Positions 1-8,544 of a stretch of 38,010 nt of DNA are shown here, one piece after another; within the stretch, counting starts at the first letter, position 1; each line of letters starts with the position of its first letter. The translations under genes and the position numbers were made by a program. The notes under the pieces are model-generated. The model had not been told where the DNA came from. It did no database searches and saw only the letters and a program-made list of their open reading frames with translations. This DNA is from a virus (taxonomy: Duplodnaviria > Caudoviricetes), in the IMG/VR virus record IMGVR_UViG_3300037565_000020, positions 1 to 38,010 of that record; one strand, 5' to 3'.

Positions 1-127
1 TCAGGCGTCGGCGGGCGTGACGGCGACCGGGACAACCGCGATCACCCTCGACGAGATCATCGACCTGCAGCATTCCATCGATCCCGCATATCGCGGGAAT
101 GGCCGTTGGATGTTCCATGACAATGTG
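1..127. repeat. Terminal direct repeat, left copy (circular-assembly overlap)
   Basis: Bases 1-127 (tcaggcgtcg...catgacaatgtg) are identical to 37884-38010, and the capsid reading frame runs through the junction. Confidence 0.95.
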
Positions 128-451
128 CTCAAGTACCTACGCAAGCTCAAGGACGGCGACGGTCGCCCGTTGTGGATGCCGTCGCTGATCGAGGGTCTGC
201 GATCGACCCTGCTCGGCGATCCGTACGCGATCAATCAGAACATGTCGAGCACGATCACAGCGAGCGACATCACGGCGCTGTACGGTGATTTCTCACAGTT
301 CTATGTTCGTACTGTGCTGAACCCCGTCCTGCTCATGATCGACGACTCGCTGCGCGAGAAGTTCCAGTACGGATATGTGATGTTCCAGCGTATGGGCTCG
401 ATCCTGTCCGATACGGCCGCGGTCAAAAAGCTCACTCAGGCCGCATCCTGA
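2..451 (+). CDS. HK97-family major capsid protein, C-terminal part (continues from 37036 across the circular junction)
   Basis: Motifs WMFHDNVLKYLRKLKDGDGRPLW, TLLGDPYAIN and YGDFSQFY are typical of HK97-fold capsid C-termini. In frame with the ORF starting at 37036. Confidence 0.93.
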   Translation, partial: QASAGVTATGTTAITLDEIIDLQHSIDPAYRGNGRWMFHDNVLKYLRKLKDGDGRPLWMPSLIEGLRSTLLGDPYAINQNMSSTITASDITALYGDFSQFYVRTVLNPVLLMIDDSLREKFQYGYVMFQRMGSILSDTAAVKKLTQAAS

Positions 452-461
452 TATCATCCAC

Positions 462-487
462 CCGGGTCGATCGAAAGGTCGGCCCGG
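462..487 (+). terminator. GAAA-tetraloop stem-loop after the capsid gene (weak terminator or mRNA stabiliser)
   Basis: CCGGGTCGATC-GAAA-GGTCGGCCCGG, an 11-bp stem with two G-U pairs; only a poor U tract follows. Confidence 0.5.
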
Positions 488-517
488 TCATTCCACTCAA
501 CAACACGGAGACACGAC

Positions 518-922
518 ATGTCGAACACACTGAAAATCAAGCTGCTCACTTCAATCGTGAACGAGGGCGTCGGTCACGCATACGGCGAGACGGTCGAGCT
601 CGGCGAGGGACACGCCGTCCGTATGTGTTTGAGTGAACAGGCAGAGCCCGTGGGATTCGATCTCGCCGACTCGAGGTTCGATCAGTATCGTTCAGGGGAT
701 CAGGTCGACGCCGACGGCAGCAAGGATGCGAGCGCACCCGTCGACGCCGAGCCGGATAGCAGCGACAGCATGGACGCTGACGCTGACCCTGAACCTGACG
801 AGCTCGAGGGAGATCTCGAGGACGCTGACGGAGATCTCGAGGACGCCGAGGACGCTGAGGCAGAACTCATCGACGAGCGAGCTGTCTCGAGCACCGAGGG
901 CGACGAAACCGCGGAGGGTTGA
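518..922 (+). CDS. Small post-capsid protein with a very acidic C-terminal tail
   Basis: GGAG RBS. The N-terminus (KIKLLTSI...GETVEL...AVRMCLSEQAEPV) resembles small genes that follow HK97-type capsids. The D/E-rich tail includes a 21-bp tandem duplication at 809-850. Confidence 0.75.
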   Translation: MSNTLKIKLLTSIVNEGVGHAYGETVELGEGHAVRMCLSEQAEPVGFDLADSRFDQYRSGDQVDADGSKDASAPVDAEPDSSDSMDADADPEPDELEGDLEDADGDLEDAEDAEAELIDERAVSSTEGDETAEG

Positions 923-925
923 TCT

Positions 926-1543
926 ATGGTCCCGTGGTCACTGACAACAACCTCGCGAACAGTCGCAAGTGTCATCACGACCGCGGACGCTAAGGATCAT
1001 CTGCGGGTAGACAACAGCGACGAGGATTCGCTCATCGACAGACTTGTCCTCGCCTCGATCGACGCTATCGAGGCGAGGATTCGCTCGTCTATGGTCCCCG
1101 CGTCGCTGATCCTGCTCGCTCCGAGGTTCCCGACATGCGCCGGGTATTTCGCATTGCCCCGGGCGCCGGTCCGCTCGATCACTTCGATCACATATGTCGA
1201 CAGCGACGGGACGCAACAGACGATGGACGGGTCTGACTATGTGCTCAACGGAGACGAGAAACCCGCAACGGTGGGTCTCTCAGATCCGAGCTCGGTCCCG
1301 TGGCCGACAGATCTCGCAAGCCGACGCGACGCTGTTCGCATCCGGTACGAGGCGGGACCCGCGACGATCAACGATGTCAGTGATTCGCTCGTCGCCGCGA
1401 CGATGCTCATGATCGGGCACCTGTACGAAAACAGACAAGCGGTCGTGACAGGCACGATCGCGACCAAAGTGCCCGACGCGGTCGAGGCGCTGATCGCGAG
1501 GCACCAGATCCCGAACGGGGAGCTAGGGGTTATCGATGGCTGA
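926..1543 (+). CDS. Head-tail connector/adaptor (HK97 gp6-like, long phiE125 gp8 type)
   Basis: AKDHLRVD...EDSLIDRL, LPRAPVRSITSITYVD and MIGHLYENRQAV motifs; position after the capsid gene. Confidence 0.88.
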   Translation: MVPWSLTTTSRTVASVITTADAKDHLRVDNSDEDSLIDRLVLASIDAIEARIRSSMVPASLILLAPRFPTCAGYFALPRAPVRSITSITYVDSDGTQQTMDGSDYVLNGDEKPATVGLSDPSSVPWPTDLASRRDAVRIRYEAGPATINDVSDSLVAATMLMIGHLYENRQAVVTGTIATKVPDAVEALIARHQIPNGELGVIDG

Positions 1544-1799
1544 CGGATTTGAAAACAACAATGCGGGTCTCGAGTCGCCCGTCGAGAACGGCGCCTCGGT
1601 CACACCGAACGACTCGACAGACCTCCCCACGACCTCGCGAGCTCTCTGGGTGGGGACGGGCGGGACGCTCGTTCTCACGCTCAAGGGCGGGTCGAGCGTC
1701 ATCCTGCAGAATGTCCCTGACGGTTCGCTGTTGCCCGTTCGCGCCTCGAGGGTGTTGAGCACGGGCGGAACCGCATCGAACATCGTCGCGCTGTGGTAA
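1536..1799 (+). CDS. Head-spike base protein, RcGTA Rcc01079-like
   Basis: 87 aa with the family pattern GLESP...VTPNDSTDL..SRALWVGTGG...NVPDGSLLPVRASRVLSTG..ASNIVALW. Confidence 0.8.
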   Translation: MADGFENNNAGLESPVENGASVTPNDSTDLPTTSRALWVGTGGTLVLTLKGGSSVILQNVPDGSLLPVRASRVLSTGGTASNIVALW

Positions 1800-1802
1800 G
1801 CA

Positions 1803-2147
1803 ATGCCGTACGGAACGATCGGAAATCTCGACCGTCGAATCACGATCAAAGCCCCCGTCGAAACGCGGGGGCTTGGCGGTGCGCCAGAGCAGCAAACATG
1901 GACCGAGTTCGCGACTGTGTGGGCTGCATTCCAGCCGGGCGCCGGGGGCGAGTCATTTGTCGACGATGAGCGACGAAACCGCGTCACAGCTAAGTTCATG
2001 ATTCGAGACATCGACGGTCTGAACAACACCATGAGGATCGAGTTCGACGGGCAGGATTGGGAAATCGTTTCAATCATGCCGACCCAGCGTGGGCGGGCGA
2101 TCGACATCGACGCGGAGCTCGTCAACTATGAACCCAACCCGAGCTGA
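1803..2147 (+). CDS. Head closure/stopper protein (SPP1 gp16-like)
   Basis: GNLDRRITI...WTEFATVWA...MRIEFDGQDWEI pattern; position in the neck module. Confidence 0.85.
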   Translation: MPYGTIGNLDRRITIKAPVETRGLGGAPEQQTWTEFATVWAAFQPGAGGESFVDDERRNRVTAKFMIRDIDGLNNTMRIEFDGQDWEIVSIMPTQRGRAIDIDAELVNYEPNPS

Positions 2148-2149
2148 AC

Positions 2150-2641
2150 ATGCCGAGCGCAATCAAACAATACGAGCGGGGATTCGATCAGCTCTCGAGC
2201 AAGGCGATCGCAACGATGCGACAGGATCTCGACGATATCCGTCGCCGCATGAAGTCGATGAGGGACGAACGCACGACGACGAACATCATGAGGACATCGG
2301 TACTCGCTGGCGCTCGAGTCGTTCGCGATCGAGCTCGAGAGAATGTCGTCGAGCGTACGGGCGAGCTGAAACGGAGCATCATCGCGAGAACCCGGCGGCG
2401 CCGACGCGGAGAGGATGCGATTCTCGCGACGACGACGATCAACCCGAAAAGCCGGTCGCGTCACATCGCTCATCTTGTGGAGCACGGGACCGAGCCGCAC
2501 GAGATCAAATCGATCAAAGCGGTCCACCCGGGCGCCGAGCCGCATCCGTTCATGCGGCCAGCGATCGACGAGAACCCTGACGAGATCCTGCAGGCGATAC
2601 TCGACAAAGCTCGCGAGCGATTGGAGAAAGTCAATGTCTGA
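2150..2641 (+). CDS. HK97 gp10-family tail-completion component
   Basis: RTGELKRSI, AHLVEHGT and HPFMRPAID motifs. Confidence 0.88.
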   Translation: MPSAIKQYERGFDQLSSKAIATMRQDLDDIRRRMKSMRDERTTTNIMRTSVLAGARVVRDRARENVVERTGELKRSIIARTRRRRRGEDAILATTTINPKSRSRHIAHLVEHGTEPHEIKSIKAVHPGAEPHPFMRPAIDENPDEILQAILDKARERLEKVNV

Positions 2642-3056
2642 CACGAACGCGATCGAGGACGCGATCTATACCCACCTGATCGACGATTCGGGGATCTCGG
2701 CGATGATCTCCGACAGGGTGTATGGCGCAAAGCTCCCCGAGCGGGCGACGATGCCCGCGATCATGTTCCGTCGGATCTCAGGCAGCCGGGAAGTCGTACA
2801 CAACCCGGATACGAGCGGTTCGTACTGCATGTCGCGATTCGAGTTCAATGTCTACGGCGGGACATATGCGGACGCTGTCAACCTCGGTCGACTTGTTTCA
2901 TCGCTGTTTGACGGGTTCCGTGGTACAATGGGGACGGATACTCGCACCCACGAGGTCGATCAGATCGAAATCGGTCAACCCCGAGACAACTGGGACGATG
3001 ATCTCAAACGGCATCGACGACAGTTCGACGCGATCTTTCATCACCGAGAAACATGA
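2634..3056 (+). CDS. Tail terminator/completion protein (DUF3168-like), 140 aa
   Basis: True start is probably the ATG at 2634, overlapping the previous gene. IEDAIYTHL...DRVY...PAIMFRRISG...RFEFNVYG pattern; lies just before the tail tube gene. Confidence 0.82.
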   Translation: MSDTNAIEDAIYTHLIDDSGISAMISDRVYGAKLPERATMPAIMFRRISGSREVVHNPDTSGSYCMSRFEFNVYGGTYADAVNLGRLVSSLFDGFRGTMGTDTRTHEVDQIEIGQPRDNWDDDLKRHRRQFDAIFHHRET

Positions 3057-3067
3057 GGACCTGAACA

Positions 3068-3502
3068 ATGGCAGCAACACAAGGAAAAGGCGGATTCGGC
3101 ACCCTGCTACAAGTCGGCGACGGCGGTGGTCCCGAAACATTCTCAACGGTCGCCGAGATCGTCGATGTCGTCCCGGGCGATGTCTCGCTCGAGACGGCGG
3201 ACGCGACGCATATGGAATCGCCGAGCGGGTTCCGAGAGCGGGTCGCGACCCTGCTCGACTCAGGCCCCGTCACGGCGCGTCTGAACTGGATCGGCGGCGA
3301 CTCGACACAGGCGGGTCTGCGAACTGACCAGACCGCAAAGACCCTGCGAAACTTCAAGATCGTCGCTCCCGGCGCGGCGTACGAATGGACATTCTCGGCG
3401 TTCGTCACCCGGATCGGTGACGCGACACCGATGGGCGATGTCATCCGAATCGATGTCGAGCTCACCCCGAGCGGCGTCAAGTCGCACGGCGCGGTGTCGT
3501 AA
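3068..3502 (+). CDS. Major tail tube protein (lambda gpV/GTA-like)
   Basis: GDGGGPETFSTVAEI, DATHMESPSGFRE and WTFSAFVT motifs. Confidence 0.88.
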   Translation: MAATQGKGGFGTLLQVGDGGGPETFSTVAEIVDVVPGDVSLETADATHMESPSGFRERVATLLDSGPVTARLNWIGGDSTQAGLRTDQTAKTLRNFKIVAPGAAYEWTFSAFVTRIGDATPMGDVIRIDVELTPSGVKSHGAVS

Positions 3503-3552
3503 AAAAATCAGTGTGCGCGCTGCCCCCGGGTCGGTGTGGCGTCATCCGTTGG

Positions 3553-3587
3553 CCCGTCGCGTGTATCATGCACGCGACGGGTTTTTT
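3553..3587 (+). terminator. Intrinsic terminator after the tail tube gene
   Basis: CCCGTCGCGTG-tatcatg-CACGCGACGGG followed by TTTTTT. Confidence 0.85.
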
Positions 3588-3618
3588 ATTCGCAACGCTC
3601 AACAACGGAGAAAAACAC

Positions 3619-4059
3619 ATGAGCAGCAAGAAAGAAACAATCAAGATCGGCGCCCACGAGGTTTCATTCGGACCCATGACGATCATGAGGATCGAGCAGC
3701 GGACCGGCATGACCGCGGGGGAGATCCTCGGGTATGTCCAGCGCAAGCGGTCCGAGATCCTCGAGAAACACGAGTCGGGCGACGAGCACGGCGCGGGCGT
3801 CCTGAGCTTGGTCGCGATGGGGAACATCACGCTCGCAATGAAGTTCGTCGGCGCCGCCCTGAATGTCAGCGACAAGGTCGTCGAGGTCGATCACGGCGAC
3901 GACATCATCAGCGTGTTCGGTAAGATGATCTCGCCGTTCTCTCGCGCTGTGGTTCGGATGACCGGATCTGACCCGGACGCGAACGACCTCGAGGGCGACG
4001 AGGGCGACCCGGGAAACGCGAGCGAGGGCGACGACTCATCGACATCGTCGCCCGAATAA
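3619..4059 (+). CDS. Tail assembly chaperone gpG-like (146 aa)
   Basis: GGAG RBS before the ATG at 3619. Lies between the tail tube and tape measure genes, with an acidic end and a slippery heptamer near the 3' end. Confidence 0.75.
   Translation: MSSKKETIKIGAHEVSFGPMTIMRIEQRTGMTAGEILGYVQRKRSEILEKHESGDEHGAGVLSLVAMGNITLAMKFVGAALNVSDKVVEVDHGDDIISVFGKMISPFSRAVVRMTGSDPDANDLEGDEGDPGNASEGDDSSTSSPE
4011..4017 (+). other. Programmed -1 ribosomal frameshift site G GGA AAC
   Basis: In-frame X XXY YYZ heptamer (CCG GGA AAC = P-G-N). The -1 frame is open to 4343. Confidence 0.8.
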
Positions 4060-4343
4060 GTGTCGAGACAGGTCTCTCGCCGAAAGAGGTCCTCGAGTGT
4101 GATTCGGACATGTTCGGCGCATTGGTCATGGCGGTCAGGGATAAGAACCGGCGTGTCGACACCCGGGTCGGACTGATCGCGTCTGTCGTTTATAATGTGC
4201 TGACAGGATCAAAGACCGAGCCGTCGACATGGTTCCCGTGGATCGCAAACGATGATGGGGGACCAGAGCAGGCAGACGAGGCCGATGATGAAAGCATGAT
4301 CTCAAAGCTCACCGAGATATTCGGAGACCCTGACAATGGCTGA
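4017..4343 (+). CDS. gpT-like C-terminal extension of the G-T tail chaperone (-1 frame)
   Basis: The -1 frame reads RERGRRLIDIVARISVETGLSPKEVLECDSDMF..., and GLSPKEVL is gpT-like. It ends overlapping the tape measure start. Confidence 0.72.
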   Translation, partial: RERGRRLIDIVARISVETGLSPKEVLECDSDMFGALVMAVRDKNRRVDTRVGLIASVVYNVLTGSKTEPSTWFPWIANDDGGPEQADEADDESMISKLTEIFGDPDNG

Positions 4344-7035
4344 CAAGTTTCTCGGGACACTCAGAGTCGACCTCGTCGCGTTCGCAACAGGATTCGAGCA
4401 GGGGCTCGACCGGGCGTCCCGAAAGGTCAGCAAGTTCGGGCGAGACACCGAGAAACAATATCGCGCGATCGGTCGCAGTCTCACGCAGAACATCACCCTC
4501 CCGGTGTTGGCTGCGGGGACTGCGGCCGTCTTTGCGTCTGACAAGATCGCGAAAGCACAGCGCAGCATTCAGGTCGCGACCGGGGCGACGGGCGAGGACC
4601 TCGCCGAGCTGAACAGCATCCTCGAGAGTGTGGCAACGGGTATGCCTGACTCGCTCGAGGACATCGCGTCGGTGATGGGCATCCTCAACACACAGACCGG
4701 AGATCTCGGGGAGTCGCTCAAGGACCTGACGCAAATCGTTCTCGCTGGGTCTCGACTTATGGGCGAGGACGCAGCAGCGAACGCGGGTCAGCTCGGTCGC
4801 GTACTGCGACAGTTCAACAAAGACGCCGACGAGGGCGCCGACATTTACGCGCGACTGTATGAGAACGCACAGCGGTACGATGTCACGATCGAAAAGCAGC
4901 TCGAGAACATCCGCACATTCGGACCCGTCCTGTCGAATGCGAATGTCTCGCTCGAGCAGCAAGCGGACCTGTTCGCTCGCCTCGAGTCTGTGGGTATCGA
5001 TGTCTCTCGCGTGATGCCCGGGATCAATCAGGCGACACGGCGATTCGCGGCCGCAGGTCTCGAGGTCTATGACTCGCTCGTCATATCGATCAACGCGATC
5101 AGGGACGCAAAGACAGAAACCGAGGCGCTGACACTCGCGACCGACCTGTTCGGGTCTGAGGGCGCCGCTCGACTCACCCGCGCGATTCGCGACGGTGTTA
5201 TATCGTGGAACGAGCTTGGTCAGGCGATCAACACGACCGGCGATGACATCATTGAGTTCGAGGAACAGAACCGAGACTTCGGAGAAAAGTTCGCGAGGAT
5301 CGGGAACAGACTACTCGTCGCGCTCAAGCCGTTCGGTGACGAGCTGATCGAGATCCTCGAGGACGCCGAGCCGATCCTCGAGGGGATGATCGATATCGCG
5401 ACAGATCTCGTCTCGGAGTTCTCAGAGCTCCCAGCGTCGACGAGAAACACGACCATCGCGATCGCGGGTCTGCTCGCTGTTGCGGGACCGACCGCGACGG
5501 TCATGGGGATCATGGTCGGCGGTGTGTCAAAGCTCGGCGTACTCGCGATCGCGTCGGTCACGCCGGTCATTAATCTCGCAAAGAGTCTGGGCACCACAGA
5601 CGAGAACGCGAAGAAAGCAAACCGCTCGCTCTCGGGTCTGATCGTCACAGGGACAAAGATCATCGCGACGGCCGCGGCGGGGTTCGCCGTTGGGACATTC
5701 CTCGGAACCGAGGTCAAGGCGGTCGAGGTATTCGCGGCGAAGATGATCGCAGCGGGGCAGATCCTTTGGGTCGAGATGCGGAGACTGTGGAGCTGGGGCA
5801 CGGGCGAGCTGTCGCTCATCACTGTCGAGTTCATCGATTGGGCGATCGGTCTCATCGATGTCAATGTCGCCGGGTTCCTCAACGGTCTCGCGTCGGGGAT
5901 CTCAGGGATCGCACCCGGGGCAGCCGCGGCGCTGCAGGCGACGGCGCCGGTACTGCAGAACGCCGCGACAGCATTTTGGGCGACGAGCGGACTGACACCC
6001 GACGCGATTCGCGAACAAATGAGTCAGACATCGAACGCGCTCGATCAGGAGCTCGTCGAGATCGGAAATGTCCTCGACACGACCCTCGCCCAGCTCGAGG
6101 ACAAATACGCCGACCCAGATCGTCAGCCCGGCGCCGCGTTCGCCGAGCAGATCCGCGGGTATGTGGAACCCCTGCGCGGAATGCTCGACGACATCATGAG
6201 CGGACCGTTCAACGCAAAGGCGCTGCTCGACGACCTGAAAGACATTCAGGAACAAATGTCGGGCATCATGGACGCTATACCAGAATCGAGGATGAAAGAC
6301 ATCCCAAAGGATGTCGCGGAGATCACCGGGTCGGTCGACGAGCTCATCGCCGCGCTCGACAAAGCAAAGAAGAAAGGCAAGGACACCGGCGACGAGTTCA
6401 CGACACAGTTTAAAGAGCGGATGCTCGACGCGGTCGAGGGGTGGTCGCGCGGCGTGTCTGCGGAGCTCACTGATTTCCTGCTCGACGCCGACGCGACATT
6501 CGACGATGTCCTCGATTCGTTTATTCGGATGCTGACTCAGATGGTCATTCAAGAGCTGATCTTTGCCCCATTGCTCGGCGCCATCCGGGGGTGGCTCGGC
6601 ATCGGTGCGGGCGCGGGTGGTGGCGGCGCCGGCGCCGATGTGAACGCTCATGGCGGCGTGTACTCAGGCGGTCAGCGTGTCAGTCGTTTCGCTCGAGGCG
6701 GCGTCGTGACGGGCCCGACGATGTTCAACCTCGGACCCCGGTTCGACACCGGCATCATGGGCGAGGCGGGCCCTGAGGCGATCCTGCCCCTCACCCGCGT
6801 CGGTCAGGATCTCGGCGTCAAAGCCGTCGGCGGCGCCCCCCCCGTGGTTGTGAATGTCATCGATCAGCGAGGTTCGGGCGAACAGGTCGGGATCAGCGAG
6901 ACACGAGGTCCCGGCGGCGAGCGACAGATCGAGATCCTCATTCGCGACAGCATCGCGAACATGATGGGCGCCGGCAAGCTCGACCGCGCGATGAGCGACA
7001 ACTTTGGAGTCAGACGACGAGGAACTAGCCGATGA
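4336..7035 (+). CDS. Tail tape measure protein (899 aa)
   Basis: N-terminal LGTLRVDL...FEQGL, long Ala/Gly-rich helical body, C-terminal FARGGVV...GIMGEAGPEAILPL motif. Confidence 0.93.
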   Translation: MADKFLGTLRVDLVAFATGFEQGLDRASRKVSKFGRDTEKQYRAIGRSLTQNITLPVLAAGTAAVFASDKIAKAQRSIQVATGATGEDLAELNSILESVATGMPDSLEDIASVMGILNTQTGDLGESLKDLTQIVLAGSRLMGEDAAANAGQLGRVLRQFNKDADEGADIYARLYENAQRYDVTIEKQLENIRTFGPVLSNANVSLEQQADLFARLESVGIDVSRVMPGINQATRRFAAAGLEVYDSLVISINAIRDAKTETEALTLATDLFGSEGAARLTRAIRDGVISWNELGQAINTTGDDIIEFEEQNRDFGEKFARIGNRLLVALKPFGDELIEILEDAEPILEGMIDIATDLVSEFSELPASTRNTTIAIAGLLAVAGPTATVMGIMVGGVSKLGVLAIASVTPVINLAKSLGTTDENAKKANRSLSGLIVTGTKIIATAAAGFAVGTFLGTEVKAVEVFAAKMIAAGQILWVEMRRLWSWGTGELSLITVEFIDWAIGLIDVNVAGFLNGLASGISGIAPGAAAALQATAPVLQNAATAFWATSGLTPDAIREQMSQTSNALDQELVEIGNVLDTTLAQLEDKYADPDRQPGAAFAEQIRGYVEPLRGMLDDIMSGPFNAKALLDDLKDIQEQMSGIMDAIPESRMKDIPKDVAEITGSVDELIAALDKAKKKGKDTGDEFTTQFKERMLDAVEGWSRGVSAELTDFLLDADATFDDVLDSFIRMLTQMVIQELIFAPLLGAIRGWLGIGAGAGGGGAGADVNAHGGVYSGGQRVSRFARGGVVTGPTMFNLGPRFDTGIMGEAGPEAILPLTRVGQDLGVKAVGGAPPVVVNVIDQRGSGEQVGISETRGPGGERQIEILIRDSIANMMGAGKLDRAMSDNFGVRRRGTSR

Positions 7036-8027
7036 CGACGACGATTTCATACCCGACATCGCTGCCCCCGATCCAAGTTGCGGGCGCCGGTCTGACGCTG
7101 CCACAACAGACGATCCGAACGCAAATGGAGTACGGGCCCCAAAAGGTCAGGAAGCGAACCAGCTCCGATGTCGTCCCGGTAAACGGGGCGATTGTCATCA
7201 CGGCCGAGCAGCGTGACACCCTGCTCGAGTTCTACTCAACGACGACAGCGGGCGGGTCGCTCCCGTTCCTCATGACCGATCCGATCAGAGGTTTCGTCGC
7301 CGAGTTCCGATTCGTGTCGGCGCCGACGATCCGACCAATGAGCACGAGGACCGGGGCGAACTATGCCATGACAGCGCAGATCTCGCTCGAGCAGCTCCCC
7401 CCACTCACCGGGGTCGTGACGGTCTCGGCGGGCCCGACCTGTATCCTGCTCGCCGGATCAGCGGGGGTCGCTCAGTTCTCAAATGTCAGCACGATCACGC
7501 TGCAGACCCGCGCGTTCTGTGTCAACGACACGGACGGGTCGATCACGAACGAGGACTCAGACGACATCGTGTTCAGCTACGCGAGGACGAACACGAGCGA
7601 CGGCGAGAATGTCTCGGTCGATTGGGAATACACCGATGCCAACGGGACATCGATCATCACATTCCATCGCGACACGGGATGGAGTTACTCGCTCGACTCG
7701 GATCATGTCGCTGTTCCCTCGACGGCGTGCGCGAGCGGGTCGACGGCGTACAGTAAGTCGTCGGGCGATGAATCGCAGTTCCCGGGGTTCAGAGACTTTT
7801 CTCAGCTCGCCCTCGACGACATGAGCTCGAGAACGCTCTGCACAACCTCGAGCGGTCTGCAGATCACGCCGGTTTTTTACAAGCTCGCGACGACCGCGTC
7901 ACTGAGCAACGGGGCATGTGGAACGCCCCCGTCTCGAGCTCAGGGATTCCGCGACTACCTGTGGGCGTGCGCTGCGAACGGCGGCGTGCAACAGGGTTCG
8001 GGCGGAATCATCGGCGCCCCATCATGA
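7032..8027 (+). CDS. Distal tail protein with a C-terminal extension
   Basis: ATGA-coupled to the tape measure gene. The N-terminal ~125 aa (IRTQMEYGPQKVRKR...FY..T.GG.LPF...DP) is Dit-like; the remainder is Ser/Thr/Gly/Cys-rich. Confidence 0.7.
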   Translation: MTTTISYPTSLPPIQVAGAGLTLPQQTIRTQMEYGPQKVRKRTSSDVVPVNGAIVITAEQRDTLLEFYSTTTAGGSLPFLMTDPIRGFVAEFRFVSAPTIRPMSTRTGANYAMTAQISLEQLPPLTGVVTVSAGPTCILLAGSAGVAQFSNVSTITLQTRAFCVNDTDGSITNEDSDDIVFSYARTNTSDGENVSVDWEYTDANGTSIITFHRDTGWSYSLDSDHVAVPSTACASGSTAYSKSSGDESQFPGFRDFSQLALDDMSSRTLCTTSSGLQITPVFYKLATTASLSNGACGTPPSRAQGFRDYLWACAANGGVQQGSGGIIGAPS

Positions 8028-8043
8028 AAAGGAGGGCTGACGC

Positions 8044-8544
8044 ATGGCCCGCACACTGACCCCGACCGCGTGGGCTGCGATCGTTGCCCAAGAAACCGAC
8101 GAGGTTTTCGCCGTACTGCTCGAGCTGAATCACTCGAGCTTTTCGTCGCCGATCAGAGCGTCGTCAGACAACGGCGACACGCTCGCTGACGGGACGCTCG
8201 GCACGATCAGTAACTCGACCGAGTTTGTGTTCTACCCATTCGAGTTCATCATGCCCGATCAGGTCGAGGACGCGCCGCCTCGCGCGAGATTGTCGATCGA
8301 CAATATCGACCGATCGATCGTCGCCGCGGTGCGAGGCGCAAACGGCGACCCGGTCTCAGTCACGGTTCAGATCGTCGTCGCGTCTGAACCCGACACATCA
8401 CTCATCGGGTCGGTCGTGTTCTCGCTGACGAATGTGAAATATGATTCGCTGACCGTGTCGGGCGACCTGACATTCACGGCCGTTCTCGACGAACCGTATC
8501 CCGAGGGCGTGTTCGGTCCCTCATCATTCCCGGGGTTGTTCTAA
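8044..8544 (+). CDS. Tail tip/hub protein (DUF1833, lambda gpL-like)
   Basis: FVFYPFEFIMPD...PPRARLSIDNIDR and EPYP...F.P..FPGLF motifs; GGAG RBS. Confidence 0.8.
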   Translation: MARTLTPTAWAAIVAQETDEVFAVLLELNHSSFSSPIRASSDNGDTLADGTLGTISNSTEFVFYPFEFIMPDQVEDAPPRARLSIDNIDRSIVAAVRGANGDPVSVTVQIVVASEPDTSLIGSVVFSLTNVKYDSLTVSGDLTFTAVLDEPYPEGVFGPSSFPGLF

